This document shows, one piece after another, positions 8,217 through 17,409 of a stretch of 44,307 bases of DNA; positions within the stretch are counted from its first letter, which is position 1; every line of letters starts with the position of its first letter. The position numbers were made by a program, and so were the translations under genes. The stretch is from assembly GCA_013152575.1 (NCBI GenBank), contig JAADGB010000119.1:1-44307 (forward strand), read 5' to 3'. Below the pieces are notes generated by a model. It was given only the letters and a program-made list of their open reading frames with translations. It had not been told where the DNA came from and made no database searches. The stretch comes from Thermoproteota archaeon. Its GTDB lineage: Archaea; Thermoproteota; Thermoprotei_A; Sulfolobales; Acidilobaceae.

Positions 8217-9602
8217 GTGGATAAGAGTAACCCGGTAGACTCCAAGGATTCTTTCCCATACCCATTCACCCTAGCCATAGATGACTCCGACACCCCATGG
8301 GGAGGATGTACTACACATCTAGCATGGCTCCTCCTGAGAGAACTATCATATTATATAATATTAGGAGACTACCCGCTCCTCGTCAGGCTAAACCCAGTAG
8401 TCCCAAGGAAGACCCGGGGAAACGCGGCGGTAGTCATCAGGGGATACTCGAGGGTCCCTCAGGAGGAGCTGCTAGAGAAGGCCATTAACCTGGCAGAATC
8501 GTATAGTAGCAGAAGGCCTCCAGGCAAGGGACCCGGCATAGCACTATACAGGGATGTTGATGCATGGAGGGTCCCTCTCCTCAGGAGACTCTACCAGATG
8601 GCTCTTAGAACCTACATCCCACGGGATACCATAAAGAGGGTAGCGAGACGCCTAGACCTCGAGGTCACTGGAGATAGCGGGGTTGTTGGAGCGACAGTCT
8701 CCTTGGCAGCGTTAGCCCCATGGGACCCCTACACCTACGAGCTCATCGCCTACCGGAGAGACGAGTACATGGATAGGGAGAGGTGTGTTGAAAGGGACCC
8801 CCGCCTCGCCTCTGAGGAGAGCCTGTGCTCCTTCGCAAACTATGACCTATTGCAGGGTAAGCTGGCATCCGCACCCGGAGGCCCGGACCCCGTCCTCGCA
8901 GGGTTCAGGGGGAGGGACCCCTCCTGTCTAGGCAAGCTATCCAATCTCCTATGCGAGGAACCCGCTGGATGGGTGCTCTATAGAAGTAACCAGCATACAG
9001 GGATAACTGGAGAGGGACCCGGGTCCCTCAACCCCAGGCCCTACAACTATGTAAGATTAAAGGGAGTAGTCAAAGCCCCGCCTAGGGAGTCCCCGGGGGG
9101 ACACGTATTCGTAGACCTGGAGACGGGCTGGGGGGACGTTACAGTAGCGTTCTATCGTGAGACGGGTCCCTTACGTGACGCTGCTAGGATGTTGAGACCC
9201 GGCGATGTGATAGTGGTGGAGGGAGGAGTAATCCCTAGGAGTAAGGGTCCCACGCTGGCAGTCGACGTGATGCATGTGGAGAAGCTGGCTGGGGAGATTC
9301 ATTATGTGGCCCCGAGATGTCCTAGGTGCGGGTCTAGGATGAAGAGTATGGGTAGAGAGAAGGGTTATAGGTGTGAGAAGTGTGGCTTCAGGGACCCCAG
9401 TGCCTCTCCCATTCCGATACTTTCTCCTAGGAGGCTCGTTCCCGGGAGATACACGCCTAGTGTTTCATCTGCAAGACACCTTACAAGGTTCAACTGGTGG
9501 AGTCCAAGCACCGGGTTCGAGCCTCAGACATTGAGGGTTGATTGTGTTGCTTCCTATGGGCCTGAGCCTCCTCTGTTAGCATATGGTAGGAGTTCATGTT
9601 AA
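8217..9602 (+). CDS. tiaS: tRNA(Ile2) 2-agmatinylcytidine synthetase TiaS
   Basis: 461 aa. It has the N-terminal LAIDDSDTPWGGCTTH motif (family motif DDTDS..GMCTT) and a C-terminal zinc ribbon, CPRCGSRMKSMGREKGYRCEKCG. Size and domain order fit TiaS. Confidence 0.88.
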   Translation: MDKSNPVDSKDSFPYPFTLAIDDSDTPWGGCTTHLAWLLLRELSYYIILGDYPLLVRLNPVVPRKTRGNAAVVIRGYSRVPQEELLEKAINLAESYSSRRPPGKGPGIALYRDVDAWRVPLLRRLYQMALRTYIPRDTIKRVARRLDLEVTGDSGVVGATVSLAALAPWDPYTYELIAYRRDEYMDRERCVERDPRLASEESLCSFANYDLLQGKLASAPGGPDPVLAGFRGRDPSCLGKLSNLLCEEPAGWVLYRSNQHTGITGEGPGSLNPRPYNYVRLKGVVKAPPRESPGGHVFVDLETGWGDVTVAFYRETGPLRDAARMLRPGDVIVVEGGVIPRSKGPTLAVDVMHVEKLAGEIHYVAPRCPRCGSRMKSMGREKGYRCEKCGFRDPSASPIPILSPRRLVPGRYTPSVSSARHLTRFNWWSPSTGFEPQTLRVDCVASYGPEPPLLAYGRSSC

Positions 9603-9615
9603 CCATTTGTTAAAC

Positions 9616-9636
9616 ACCCCCTTGTTTCCACTGGAG
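9616..9636 (-). repeat. ORB element copy 1 (minus-strand reading CTCCAGTGGAAACAAGGGGGT)
   Basis: The dyad TCCAGTGGA(AAC) plus G-string matches the archaeal Orc1/Cdc6 origin recognition box. The 13-mer GTTTCCACTGGAG is identical to the copy at 9887-9899. Confidence 0.65.
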
Positions 9637-9878
9637 AATTGTGGGGTAGGGGAGGGACCCCACCGTTTCATATGGAATTATTTCTGGTTTGCGTTTGTTT
9701 TTAGTGTTGTGTTGTGGTATTCTTTGATGATGTTTGTATATTGATGAGTTATGCCCTTATTCCTATGCATGGGGTTTGAGGGACCCTCTGATAGGGTAGT
9801 GAGGGCCTAGTTTAGTTGATTCCACTTGAATTACTGGGGTGTGGGGGTCCCTCAACTAGTCTACACTGGTTTAAATAG

Positions 9879-9899
9879 ACCCCTCAGTTTCCACTGGAG
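9879..9899 (-). repeat. ORB element copy 2 (minus-strand reading CTCCAGTGGAAACTGAGGGGT)
   Basis: It has the same 13-mer and G-string as copy 1. It lies 263 bp away in the same orientation. Confidence 0.65.
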
Positions 9900-9979
9900 C
9901 CCACTATTCCCCATTATATCCTCCCCCAGCCATACACCATGGGTGGTGAAGACTCCTGGCACAATGCGATGCGAAGAGG

Positions 9980-10660
9980 ATGGCGGCTAAGGGTGCCCTC
10001 GAGCTCCTAAAGGGGTTAGACATTGACAGGCTGGGAGTGGGTACTGGGTCGACTGTTGCAAGATTCATAGAGTTGCTTGAGGAGGAGAACATCAAGCCCA
10101 GGGTTGTGGCTGCCTCAAGCCTCGACACGGCCCTCGCATTATCTGAGAAGGGGTACAATATCATCCATCCAAGCCTGACACCAGTGCTAGACGCCTATGT
10201 CGACGGGGCCGACGAGGTTGATCCACAGGGCAGGCTGATCAAGGGTAGGGGTGCGGCCCTCCTAGGGGAGAAGATACTCGCCTCCCAGAGCCGCCTAAAC
10301 ATAATCATCGTGACTAGTGAAAAGCTGGTTGAGGCTCTTGGCTCGAGGAAGCCTGTGCCAGTGGAGGTCGTGAGGGACTCTATACAGCCAGCTCTAAGGC
10401 TGATTAGGAAGCGATACCCCAACGCGGTTGTGAGGAGGGGTCAGGGTAAGGATGGCCCTGTGGTGTCTGACTGGGGCGGGGTTATAGTAGACGTGTATAC
10501 GGGTCCCTTGAGGGACCCCCTGGAGGCTGAGATGTTCCTGAAGAGTATACCTGGAGTGGTCGAGACAGGGCTCTTCATAGGCTATACAGACTACGTCGTG
10601 GTTGGAAGGGAGGATTGCCGGTGGGAGGTGTTCAGGTACGAGCGAAGCAAGATACCATAG
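9980..10660 (+). CDS. rpiA: Ribose-5-phosphate isomerase A
   Basis: 226 aa with the RpiA motifs GVGTGSTV, DGADEVD and KGRGAALLGEKILA. Confidence 0.9.
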   Translation: MAAKGALELLKGLDIDRLGVGTGSTVARFIELLEEENIKPRVVAASSLDTALALSEKGYNIIHPSLTPVLDAYVDGADEVDPQGRLIKGRGAALLGEKILASQSRLNIIIVTSEKLVEALGSRKPVPVEVVRDSIQPALRLIRKRYPNAVVRRGQGKDGPVVSDWGGVIVDVYTGPLRDPLEAEMFLKSIPGVVETGLFIGYTDYVVVGREDCRWEVFRYERSKIP

Positions 10661-10703
10661 GAGCGCCGAGGAGCTCTTGGAGTCGGAGCCCCCAGCCCAG
10701 TGG

Positions 10704-11066
10704 ATGGATAGGGTGAGGACAGCCGCCTACTCTAACAGGTTCGTGGTAGTCTGGAGGGACCCCCTGATAGCCGTATACCTAGGTGAGAATGGGGACTACG
10801 TCATAGTCGAGGGATACTATTGCAGCTGTCCAGGCTTCACAATGCGGACGACTAGGAAGGGGATCATGGGGTGCACCCATGTCTACGCGTTCCGGATAGC
10901 TCTGCGGGAGGGGCGTTACAGGGACGTATCCAGTAGTCTTTCTCCTGGAGAAGTAGTCTCGATCGTTTGGGAGGCCCTGACGGGTCCCTACGCGTATAGT
11001 GTTAGGAGGCTGCTGGCGTTAGCCGATGAGGTGGGCTACGACCACGATGACGGCGAAGACGGTTGA
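10704..11066 (+). CDS. SWIM zinc-finger domain protein
   Basis: It has a CxC-x15-CxH signature (YYCSCPGFTMRTTRKGIMGCTHVYA). ORF track gives 10602, but that start overlaps rpiA by 59 nt, so I prefer ATG 10704 (MDRVRTAAY...). The start remains uncertain. Confidence 0.6.
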   Translation: MDRVRTAAYSNRFVVVWRDPLIAVYLGENGDYVIVEGYYCSCPGFTMRTTRKGIMGCTHVYAFRIALREGRYRDVSSSLSPGEVVSIVWEALTGPYAYSVRRLLALADEVGYDHDDGEDG

Positions 11067-11180
11067 GGCTAGAACCAGTGTTATAGGGGACATCTTAACC
11101 TTACCCTCGTACTCGTCGTAGAAGGCTATTAGTCCAGCAGCGCTCATTGGCCCTCCTTCTCTCTTCCTCTTCTTCGCCAT
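11019..11180 (-). CDS. secG: Preprotein translocase Sec61-beta subunit (archaeal SecG)
   Basis: This 53-aa ORF is below the ORF-track cutoff. My translation is MAKKRKREGGPMSAAGLIAFYDEYEGKVKMSPITLVLASTVFAVIVVVAHLIG. It shows the basic N-terminus, the GLI.FYDE motif, and the C-terminal TM helix typical of archaeal Sec61-beta. Confidence 0.8.
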   Translation of the reverse strand: MAKKRKREGGPMSAAGLIAFYDEYEGKVKMSPITLVLASTVFAVIVVVAHLIG

Positions 11181-11302
11181 CTACATCATCCCCGTGTATA
11201 GTTCTGAGCCGTGTAGGGCAATTAAGTGTTGAGGGCCGGTATCTGGTGGGACTGTAAAGATTAGTTGAAGGGACCCTCCCCTCTACAGGCTGGGGATCGG
11301 GA

Positions 11303-11578
11303 TTGGAGCTAACAGTGAAGTGTTTGGCGGAGGCTATGAGGAAGGCCTATCTTGAGAGGGATCGGGATAGGGGGCTATACAAGACCTTTGCATGGCTGGT
11401 CGAGGAGGTCGGTGAGCTGGCCGAGGCCCTGCGCACCGGTGACGTGGATAAGATTGGGGAGGAGATTGCCGACGTTATCGCCTGGACAGTCAGTATAGCC
11501 AACCTACTCGGTATAGATGTGGAGGAGGCCCTCAAATCCAAGTATGGAGGCGACTTATCGGCTAGTGGATGCGGCTAG
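11303..11578 (+). CDS. MazG-like nucleotide pyrophosphohydrolase (small all-alpha NTP-PPase)
   Basis: 91 aa. It has the motifs FAWLVEEVGELAEAL and EEIADVIAWTVSIANLLGIDVEEAL (EExxE...ExxD metal-binding helices). The start is TTG. Confidence 0.75.
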   Translation: MELTVKCLAEAMRKAYLERDRDRGLYKTFAWLVEEVGELAEALRTGDVDKIGEEIADVIAWTVSIANLLGIDVEEALKSKYGGDLSASGCG

Positions 11579-11618
11579 ACTCCATAGGGGTCCCTCAAGG
11601 GACCCCACCTAGTACTCT

Positions 11619-12365
11619 TCAAGCGTTCTTGAAGGCCTCTATAACCATGGCCAGCTTAGATGGATCCTCTTCGGCCAGGGTCCCTGTGACTAGTCCATCG
11701 GCGCCAGCCCTGGCTAGGGCTCTAGCCGTCTCGGGGTCCCTCACTCCCCCTCCAACTATTAGGATCGGGTCGAGCCCGCTGGCCCGTAGGAGTTTCTTGG
11801 AGTACATTACAGCCTCTGGGGGCACGGGTTTTGGAGCGCCGCTCCCGGCCTCCAGGTATATTACCTTGGAGCCCATCATGGCCCCGGCTAGAGCGTGGAT
11901 GGCTACGAGCTCGGGGTGCTCGTAGGGTATTGGTTTAGCCCTCCCGATATAGCCGGCTGCCCCTCCATACCCTACTATGATGTAGGATGTTGGTATGGGT
12001 TCGAGGCCCATCCTCAATACTATGGGGGCCGCCTGCACCTGTACACCGGTTAGATAGTATGGATCCATACTGTTCAAGAGGACCATGAAGAAGACGGCGT
12101 CTGCCTCGGGGGTCAGCCCGTTCAGGTTCCCGGGGAAAAGGATGACTGGGAGGCCGAGGCTCTTAACCCTCCTAACGGTCTCCGACAGGGTAGGCTCGTG
12201 CACCCCAGTAGAGCCGCCTATGAGGATTACATCGGTGCCAGCGTCGCGGGCTATGGAGGCCCTCCTATACGCCTCCTCTGGGTCATCCTTGTCCGGGTCT
12301 ATTAGAGTGAAGTGGATCCTATTCTCCTCCGATAGCCTCTTCAGCCTCTCCAGGAGCTTCCCCAT
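11619..12365 (-). CDS. Geranylgeranylglyceryl phosphate synthase (PcrB/GGGPS family)
   Basis: 248 aa with IHFTLIDPDK near the N-terminus, IGGSTGV, and IVGGGVRDPETA at the C-terminal phosphate-binding site. Confidence 0.88.
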   Translation of the reverse strand: MGKLLERLKRLSEENRIHFTLIDPDKDDPEEAYRRASIARDAGTDVILIGGSTGVHEPTLSETVRRVKSLGLPVILFPGNLNGLTPEADAVFFMVLLNSMDPYYLTGVQVQAAPIVLRMGLEPIPTSYIIVGYGGAAGYIGRAKPIPYEHPELVAIHALAGAMMGSKVIYLEAGSGAPKPVPPEAVMYSKKLLRASGLDPILIVGGGVRDPETARALARAGADGLVTGTLAEEDPSKLAMVIEAFKNA

Positions 12366-12654
12366 GCTCTACTCCCTCTTCCTCGGCAGCCATACACTCC
12401 TCGAGCCTATTCTCATAGACTAGGTCGACGACCTTATTGTAGACGTCCACCCTGTCTAGGACTTCCGGTACCTCGAACTCGCAGTGCAGCCCACATGTAC
12501 CGCAGCGTACGATTGCCCTCTTTATCCTCAGCTTATCGGTCTTCTTGAAATCAACAGTTAGCGTCATGCTACCGCATCTTGGACACTGGAAGTATCTTGG
12601 CGGCAGCGTCCTCTTCTTAACTATCTTCTTCCTCCTCTTTCTCCTCCTACCCAT
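12319..12654 (-). CDS. elf1: Transcription elongation factor Elf1 homologue (zinc ribbon)
   Basis: It has a basic N-terminus (MGRRRKRRKK), four Cys (CPRCGS...CGTCG), and VDVYNKVVD, which resembles the Elf1 EPVDVY motif. The tail is acidic. It overlaps the GGGPS start by 47 nt. Confidence 0.75.
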   Translation of the reverse strand: MGRRRKRRKKIVKKRTLPPRYFQCPRCGSMTLTVDFKKTDKLRIKRAIVRCGTCGLHCEFEVPEVLDRVDVYNKVVDLVYENRLEECMAAEEEGVEHGEAPGEAEEAIGGE

Positions 12655-12757
12655 TCCTTAGCACCACTTCATTATTCCAGGAGAGCCACTTACCCGTGGT
12701 GTTATTTATTTTGATCACCATTGGTTCTAGCTGGAGCCAGTGTAAGGGTGTGTAGTG

Positions 12758-14008
12758 ATGGTCGAGTACAAGGTGAAGGACCCCTCCCTGGCAGGTGAGG
12801 GTAGGAAGAAGATTGAGTGGGCTGAGATGCACATGCCAGTCCTCATGCTACTAAGGAAACGCTACTCTGGGGAGAAGCCGTTGGAGGGCTATAGGGTGTC
12901 AATGGTCCTCCACGTGACTAAGGAGACGGCGGTACTTGCTAGGACCGTGAAGGCATGGGGAGCCGAGGTATACTTGGCGGCGAGCAATCCATTATCGACC
13001 CAGGATGATGTAGCCGCGGCTCTAGCAGAGGATGGGATCAACGTGTTTGCATGGAGGGGTATGAGCGAGGAAGAATACTTCTGGGCCATTGAGAAGATGG
13101 CATCAGCCAACCCGGACTTCGTGGTCGACGATGGCGGGGACCTCCACGTATACATACATGAGAAGAAACGGGAGGCTGCAGAGAAGATTATTGGTGGAAC
13201 AGAGGAGACTACGACGGGAGTGATCAGGCTTAAGGCCCTCGAGAAGGCTGGCCGCCTTCTATACCCGGTATACGCGGTGAACGATGCATACACCAAGTTC
13301 CTATTCGACAACCGTTATGGCACTGGCCAGAGCACGGTCGACGGCATACTCCGTGCAACAAACATACTCCTAGCCGGTAAGCGGGTGGTAGTGGCAGGCT
13401 ATGGATGGGTAGGTAGAGGTATAGCTATGAGGATGAGGGGTATGGGAGCCAGAGTCATAGTAACCGAGGTGGACCCGATAAGGGCGTTGGAGGCTGTCAT
13501 GGATGGATTCGAGGTAATGAGCATGGATGAGGCGGCGAAGATAGGAGACGTGTTCGTACCCGCCACTGGCAACACCGACGTGATAAGAAAAGAGCATATA
13601 CTAGAGATGAAGGATGGTGCAATCCTAGCCAACGCGGGTCACTTCAACGTTGAAGTCAGTGTGAAAGACCTGGAAGAGATCTCTACAGGCAAGAGGTTGA
13701 TACGTCCATACCTGGAGGAGTACACGCTGAAGGACGGCAAGAGAATATACCTACTCGCTGAGGGGAGGCTGGTTAACCTGGTAGCCGCTGAGGGGCATCC
13801 CAGCGAGGTCATGGATATGAGCTTCGCCAACCAAGCACTAAGCCTCCTCAGGTTGAAGAATGAGGGAAGAAGCCTCAAGCCAGCAGTGTACCAGGTTCCG
13901 AGGGAGCAGGACGAGATGGTTGCCAGGCTAAAGCTAGAGTCCATGGGTATAAGGATAGATGAATTGACGGAGAAGCAGAAAAAATACCTCGCTAGCTGGA
14001 AGGCCTAA
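12758..14008 (+). CDS. ahcY: S-adenosyl-L-homocysteine hydrolase
   Basis: It has [26 protein letters not shown] at the N-terminus and the NAD-binding site [32 protein letters not shown] prefer ATG 12758, one codon inside the track start. Confidence 0.95.
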   Translation: MVEYKVKDPSLAGEGRKKIEWAEMHMPVLMLLRKRYSGEKPLEGYRVSMVLHVTKETAVLARTVKAWGAEVYLAASNPLSTQDDVAAALAEDGINVFAWRGMSEEEYFWAIEKMASANPDFVVDDGGDLHVYIHEKKREAAEKIIGGTEETTTGVIRLKALEKAGRLLYPVYAVNDAYTKFLFDNRYGTGQSTVDGILRATNILLAGKRVVVAGYGWVGRGIAMRMRGMGARVIVTEVDPIRALEAVMDGFEVMSMDEAAKIGDVFVPATGNTDVIRKEHILEMKDGAILANAGHFNVEVSVKDLEEISTGKRLIRPYLEEYTLKDGKRIYLLAEGRLVNLVAAEGHPSEVMDMSFANQALSLLRLKNEGRSLKPAVYQVPREQDEMVARLKLESMGIRIDELTEKQKKYLASWKA

Positions 14009-14961
14009 TCCTCTACCCTTCCCCTCCTCCTATTCAAGTAGAGGATAGCGGCTCCCAGTATAGACAGGGATACGAGGGCTAGTACTTCTCCACCATCTAT
14101 TCCACCGGGTGATGCTAGGCTTCCTCCAACTAGGTGTGCCGGCTTATAGAAGGTCACGTTAACCCAGTCAATTATGTGGAGCTCAGTGTATAGACCGGTT
14201 GCTGCAGTGAAGCCAAGGTAGGGCTGCGGGTTATGGAAGGTTACGAGGTTTGTCGAGTTGAAGATTGGGGTCCCTATCGGCGTCTTGCTTGTCAGGTTCA
14301 CATTGTCCCAGACGGTTACTGTTAGATAGCCTGTGATATAGGTTGGTGTCACGTTTATGCTCTGGAAGAACACCTTTGTGTAGAGCCACTTGTTTAGTAT
14401 GGGCCCAGTGTAGTAGATGTAGCTGTGATAGTATGAGGGTACAGAGGCGGAGGCCAGAGCTATGTGTGGCACGGTAGGCTCGCCCGTATTCTGGTAGGGA
14501 TCGTATTCTATGAGGAAGCCGGTGCTCCCGTTGAGTCTCGCTCCCATGTTTTCTCCTCCAAATCCTAGGACTAGGTTGTGGTAGAAGGTGAAGGCTAGGC
14601 CATCGGCTGGGTATGCTGTTGTAGAGTTGCCTATGAATGATATGAAGTCGACTTCCCACGCAGTATAGTTCCTCATATCCGGGCTCTTTAGATAGATTCC
14701 GGCATCTGCTCCACCGCCATTATTCGTGATGTACACCCATCCCGCCGCGGGGTCCCATACTACTTCGGTTGAAGTCGCATTGAGCGGGCTTCTCAATATG
14801 TACCAATTTGCACCCGCTGCGGTATCGTTTGAGTAGTAGAAGTCGTCTGTAAAACTCCACGCTACCTGGTATGGCTGAGCTTGGGCCGGGCTTACATAGA
14901 AGGGGAGCGTGAGGACTAGGACCAGGAAAAGGGCGGGGAGATACCGGGATCTGTATAGCAA
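14005..14961 (-). CDS. Secreted, C-terminally anchored protein with an L-type (legume-like) lectin / ConA-like domain
   Basis: It has a signal peptide ([19 protein letters not shown]) and the motif [13 protein letters not shown], which resembles the DGLAFF motif of legume-lectin domains. It carries many N-x-S/T sequons and a C-terminal TM helix followed by RRRGR. The start is TTG, with GAGGT about 10 nt upstream. Confidence 0.55.
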   Translation of the reverse strand: MLYRSRYLPALFLVLVLTLPFYVSPAQAQPYQVAWSFTDDFYYSNDTAAGANWYILRSPLNATSTEVVWDPAAGWVYITNNGGGADAGIYLKSPDMRNYTAWEVDFISFIGNSTTAYPADGLAFTFYHNLVLGFGGENMGARLNGSTGFLIEYDPYQNTGEPTVPHIALASASVPSYYHSYIYYTGPILNKWLYTKVFFQSINVTPTYITGYLTVTVWDNVNLTSKTPIGTPIFNSTNLVTFHNPQPYLGFTAATGLYTELHIIDWVNVTFYKPAHLVGGSLASPGGIDGGEVLALVSLSILGAAILYLNRRRGRVED

Positions 14962-15075
14962 GATATATTACCTCGTGTCGCCGGGTATCCCTCAGTCCAG
15001 TATTAAAGCGTGTTATAATGTATTAGTTAATATGATAGTGTGAGAATATCATGGGAGCTATCTAGAATAGACGGG

Positions 15076-15152
<77 letters not shown>

Positions 15153-15344
15153 TTTGACTTTATGGTAGAGCCCCCGAAAGTTGGGGGTTTCAAGTAGAGG
15201 GTAATTAAAGATTTACACCATTTTCCGAGGGGTAGGTGGTTGCTCAGTGGAAAGTCGGTCTTCATCCCCGATTCTGGGTCCGCGTCGCTCCACCATCCTC
15301 ATAGCCATGTGTTATAGTTAGGGGTTGGAAGGTTATGTTCTGTT

Positions 15345-17222
15345 CTACTCTTGCTTGGGGGCTTCTCTCCTGGTTGGTTCGACTGGCGTGGTTGGTAGCT
15401 TGATCTTGGCGTGTCTAGCCATTTCTCTCAGTATGGCGTTCTTTGACACGAGGCCTACTAGTCTTCCCTCAGAGTCTACTACAGGTAGCCCGTCCACGTT
15501 CTCCTCCTTCAACGCTTGTATCGCCTTGAGGACGGTGTCTCGTGGGCTGAGCTTCGTCTTTACTGGTGTCATTGCATCACTTACTATAAGTGGCATTACC
15601 TTGACGTACCTACCCATCTTTCTGCCAGCCCTGATTAGCTTCCTCACCCAGACTAGGCGCCTGCTCTTTCGTGCTATTAGTGAGTCCTCATAGGCTACGA
15701 AGGGTAGTCTATTGGCGCTGACGACGCCGTATACGTTGTCGCCTTCAGCAACTACCAGTGCGTCTAGCATGAAGGTAGTCATCTTGTTTATAGCATGGGC
15801 AAGGCTGTGGTGTGGGTGTACTCTTGCAGTTTTTACTGGTATCATTACGTTCTCAACGTAGAGCTTACCGGTCTGGTGTCTCGCGTATGCTTCGATCAAG
15901 TCGTCCTTTGTAATGAAACCTATAGTGTTACCATTCTCGTCCTCGACTATCACAACCTCAGCGTTATTCGATAGCATTGTGAGTGCAACGTTCTCCAACG
16001 GCTCATCGGCCTTCACTCGTGGCACTACCTTAGTCATGACGTAGTCTATGAAGAACTTGTCATATACTCTCCTCCTCCATATGGGTCCCTTCAGTGCTAT
16101 CGCCTTCAGCATGTTCCACTTTGATACGACTCCCACAATGCGTCCCGCGTCGTCGAGTACTAGTAGGTAGTCTGTTCTCCTCCTCAGCATTTCACGCCGG
16201 GCGTGCTCTACGGTGTCGTTTATGGTGATTGCTGGTAGCTCCTCTCTTGCTACCTCCCTAGCAGTTACTCCAAGCTCTCTGTAGACTCCTTCCGGCGCTC
16301 TTGTTACTACCTCCTGTATTAGACTCTGTTCTGTACGATAGTATACGCGCTCCTCTCTTGCAACAGGCTTGGGTAGTGGCAGAGGCTTTACTGGCACTCT
16401 TCCAGGCTTCGCACCCTCTAGGTATACCTTCACGACGTCTGCCTGTGTTAGTATACCTACAACTCTCCCCTCATCGTCTACTACTGGTAGAATCGAGAAG
16501 TCGTTCTCAGCCATAACCCTGGCAGCCTCTTCTATCGGGGTGTCAGGCGTTGCTACGACTACTCCACGAGTCATAATCCTCCTGACCTTTGCAGGGGTAA
16601 CGATCTTCCCAGCCTTGATCTCTCTATGGAACCTCCATCTCCCCTTCCTGATGAGGTCGAAGGGAGTTATGATGCCTATTGGAACGGGCTCCTCCTTGCT
16701 CCTAACAACTACTAGGGCTGGTACGCCCTTGAAGACGAACTTGGACCATACCTTATTCACCGTCGTATCTGGTGTTACAATATAGTCTTCGAGGCCCTCG
16801 ACGGTCATTGCCTCAGAGACGGTCTCGGCCAGCGGCTTGAACCCCCTCGCCTGGAAGGCGGAGATCAAGTCTCTCAGGGATACTACGCCAACTATTCTCT
16901 CGTCCTCGTCAACCACCGGAGCAGCGTCTACCTTGAACTCCTCCATTATCCGGAATGCTTCATCAATACTCTGATCCATTCTAAGTACTGGATGGTCTCT
17001 TGCAACATCTACTACTCTTAGCGGGGATTTCGCGCTTGTCGGGATTATCGCCTCTATCCTCGTAAGGAAGCCTGAGTACTTACCCGTCTTCTCGTCGCGT
17101 ACGATTGGGATTATCCTCTCCTCAGTCTCGCGGAATAGTACCCTTATACTGGATAACGGTGTGTTTGGTAGCACCTTCCTCGCGGGTTCCCTCATTACTT
17201 CCCATATCTTCATAAGCCTCAC
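15345..17222 (-). CDS. Multi-CBS-domain protein (about eight CBS motifs, four Bateman modules)
   Basis: 625 aa made almost entirely of repeated CBS-like units. Examples are IIPIVRDE..G.LTRIEAI, AAPVVDEDERIVGVVSLRDL, ILPVVDDEGRVVGILTQADV, YLLVLDDAGRIVGVVSKWNM, VVIVEDENGNTIGFITKDDL and GLPVVDSEGRLVGLVSKNAI. I see no other domain. Confidence 0.85.
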   Translation of the reverse strand: MRLMKIWEVMREPARKVLPNTPLSSIRVLFRETEERIIPIVRDEKTGKYSGFLTRIEAIIPTSAKSPLRVVDVARDHPVLRMDQSIDEAFRIMEEFKVDAAPVVDEDERIVGVVSLRDLISAFQARGFKPLAETVSEAMTVEGLEDYIVTPDTTVNKVWSKFVFKGVPALVVVRSKEEPVPIGIITPFDLIRKGRWRFHREIKAGKIVTPAKVRRIMTRGVVVATPDTPIEEAARVMAENDFSILPVVDDEGRVVGILTQADVVKVYLEGAKPGRVPVKPLPLPKPVAREERVYYRTEQSLIQEVVTRAPEGVYRELGVTAREVAREELPAITINDTVEHARREMLRRRTDYLLVLDDAGRIVGVVSKWNMLKAIALKGPIWRRRVYDKFFIDYVMTKVVPRVKADEPLENVALTMLSNNAEVVIVEDENGNTIGFITKDDLIEAYARHQTGKLYVENVMIPVKTARVHPHHSLAHAINKMTTFMLDALVVAEGDNVYGVVSANRLPFVAYEDSLIARKSRRLVWVRKLIRAGRKMGRYVKVMPLIVSDAMTPVKTKLSPRDTVLKAIQALKEENVDGLPVVDSEGRLVGLVSKNAILREMARHAKIKLPTTPVEPTRREAPKQE

Positions 17223-17409
17223 CTCCTAAATTACGCGTGATATACTCATATCAACCTATGGAAGTAGTCGAACCCAAGATATAATAAAGGTCTGGGGAGC
17301 ATTATCTATTTGAATGCGTGCAACAGGGGAGCCGATGGATACCCCGACGAGCAACGCCGAGACAAGAGGAAGGTAGAGGAGCAGACACGAGAAGCAGAGG
17401 TGGTGAAGT

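Larger units (their letters stand above)
9616..9899. other. Candidate chromosomal replication origin: ORB elements flanking a T/A-rich unwinding region
   Basis: Two exact ORBs lie at 9616-9636 and 9879-9899. Two degenerate ORBs lie at 9657-9678 (same orientation) and 9819-9840 (inverted). A T/A-rich stretch spans about 9666-9775. This is the largest non-coding gap in the window. Confidence 0.6.

Noticed and set aside
10602-10703. The long form of the SWIM-finger ORF starting inside rpiA.
   Set aside because: The first 34 codons overlap the conserved rpiA C-terminus and look like off-frame sequence. The ATG at 10704 gives a compact protein. The start remains unproven.
15242-15254. GCTCAGTGGAAAG resembles the ORB core CTCCAGTGGAAAC, which might suggest a second origin.
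   Set aside because: It is a single degenerate copy with an indel. It has no G-string, no partner repeat and no AT-rich stretch.
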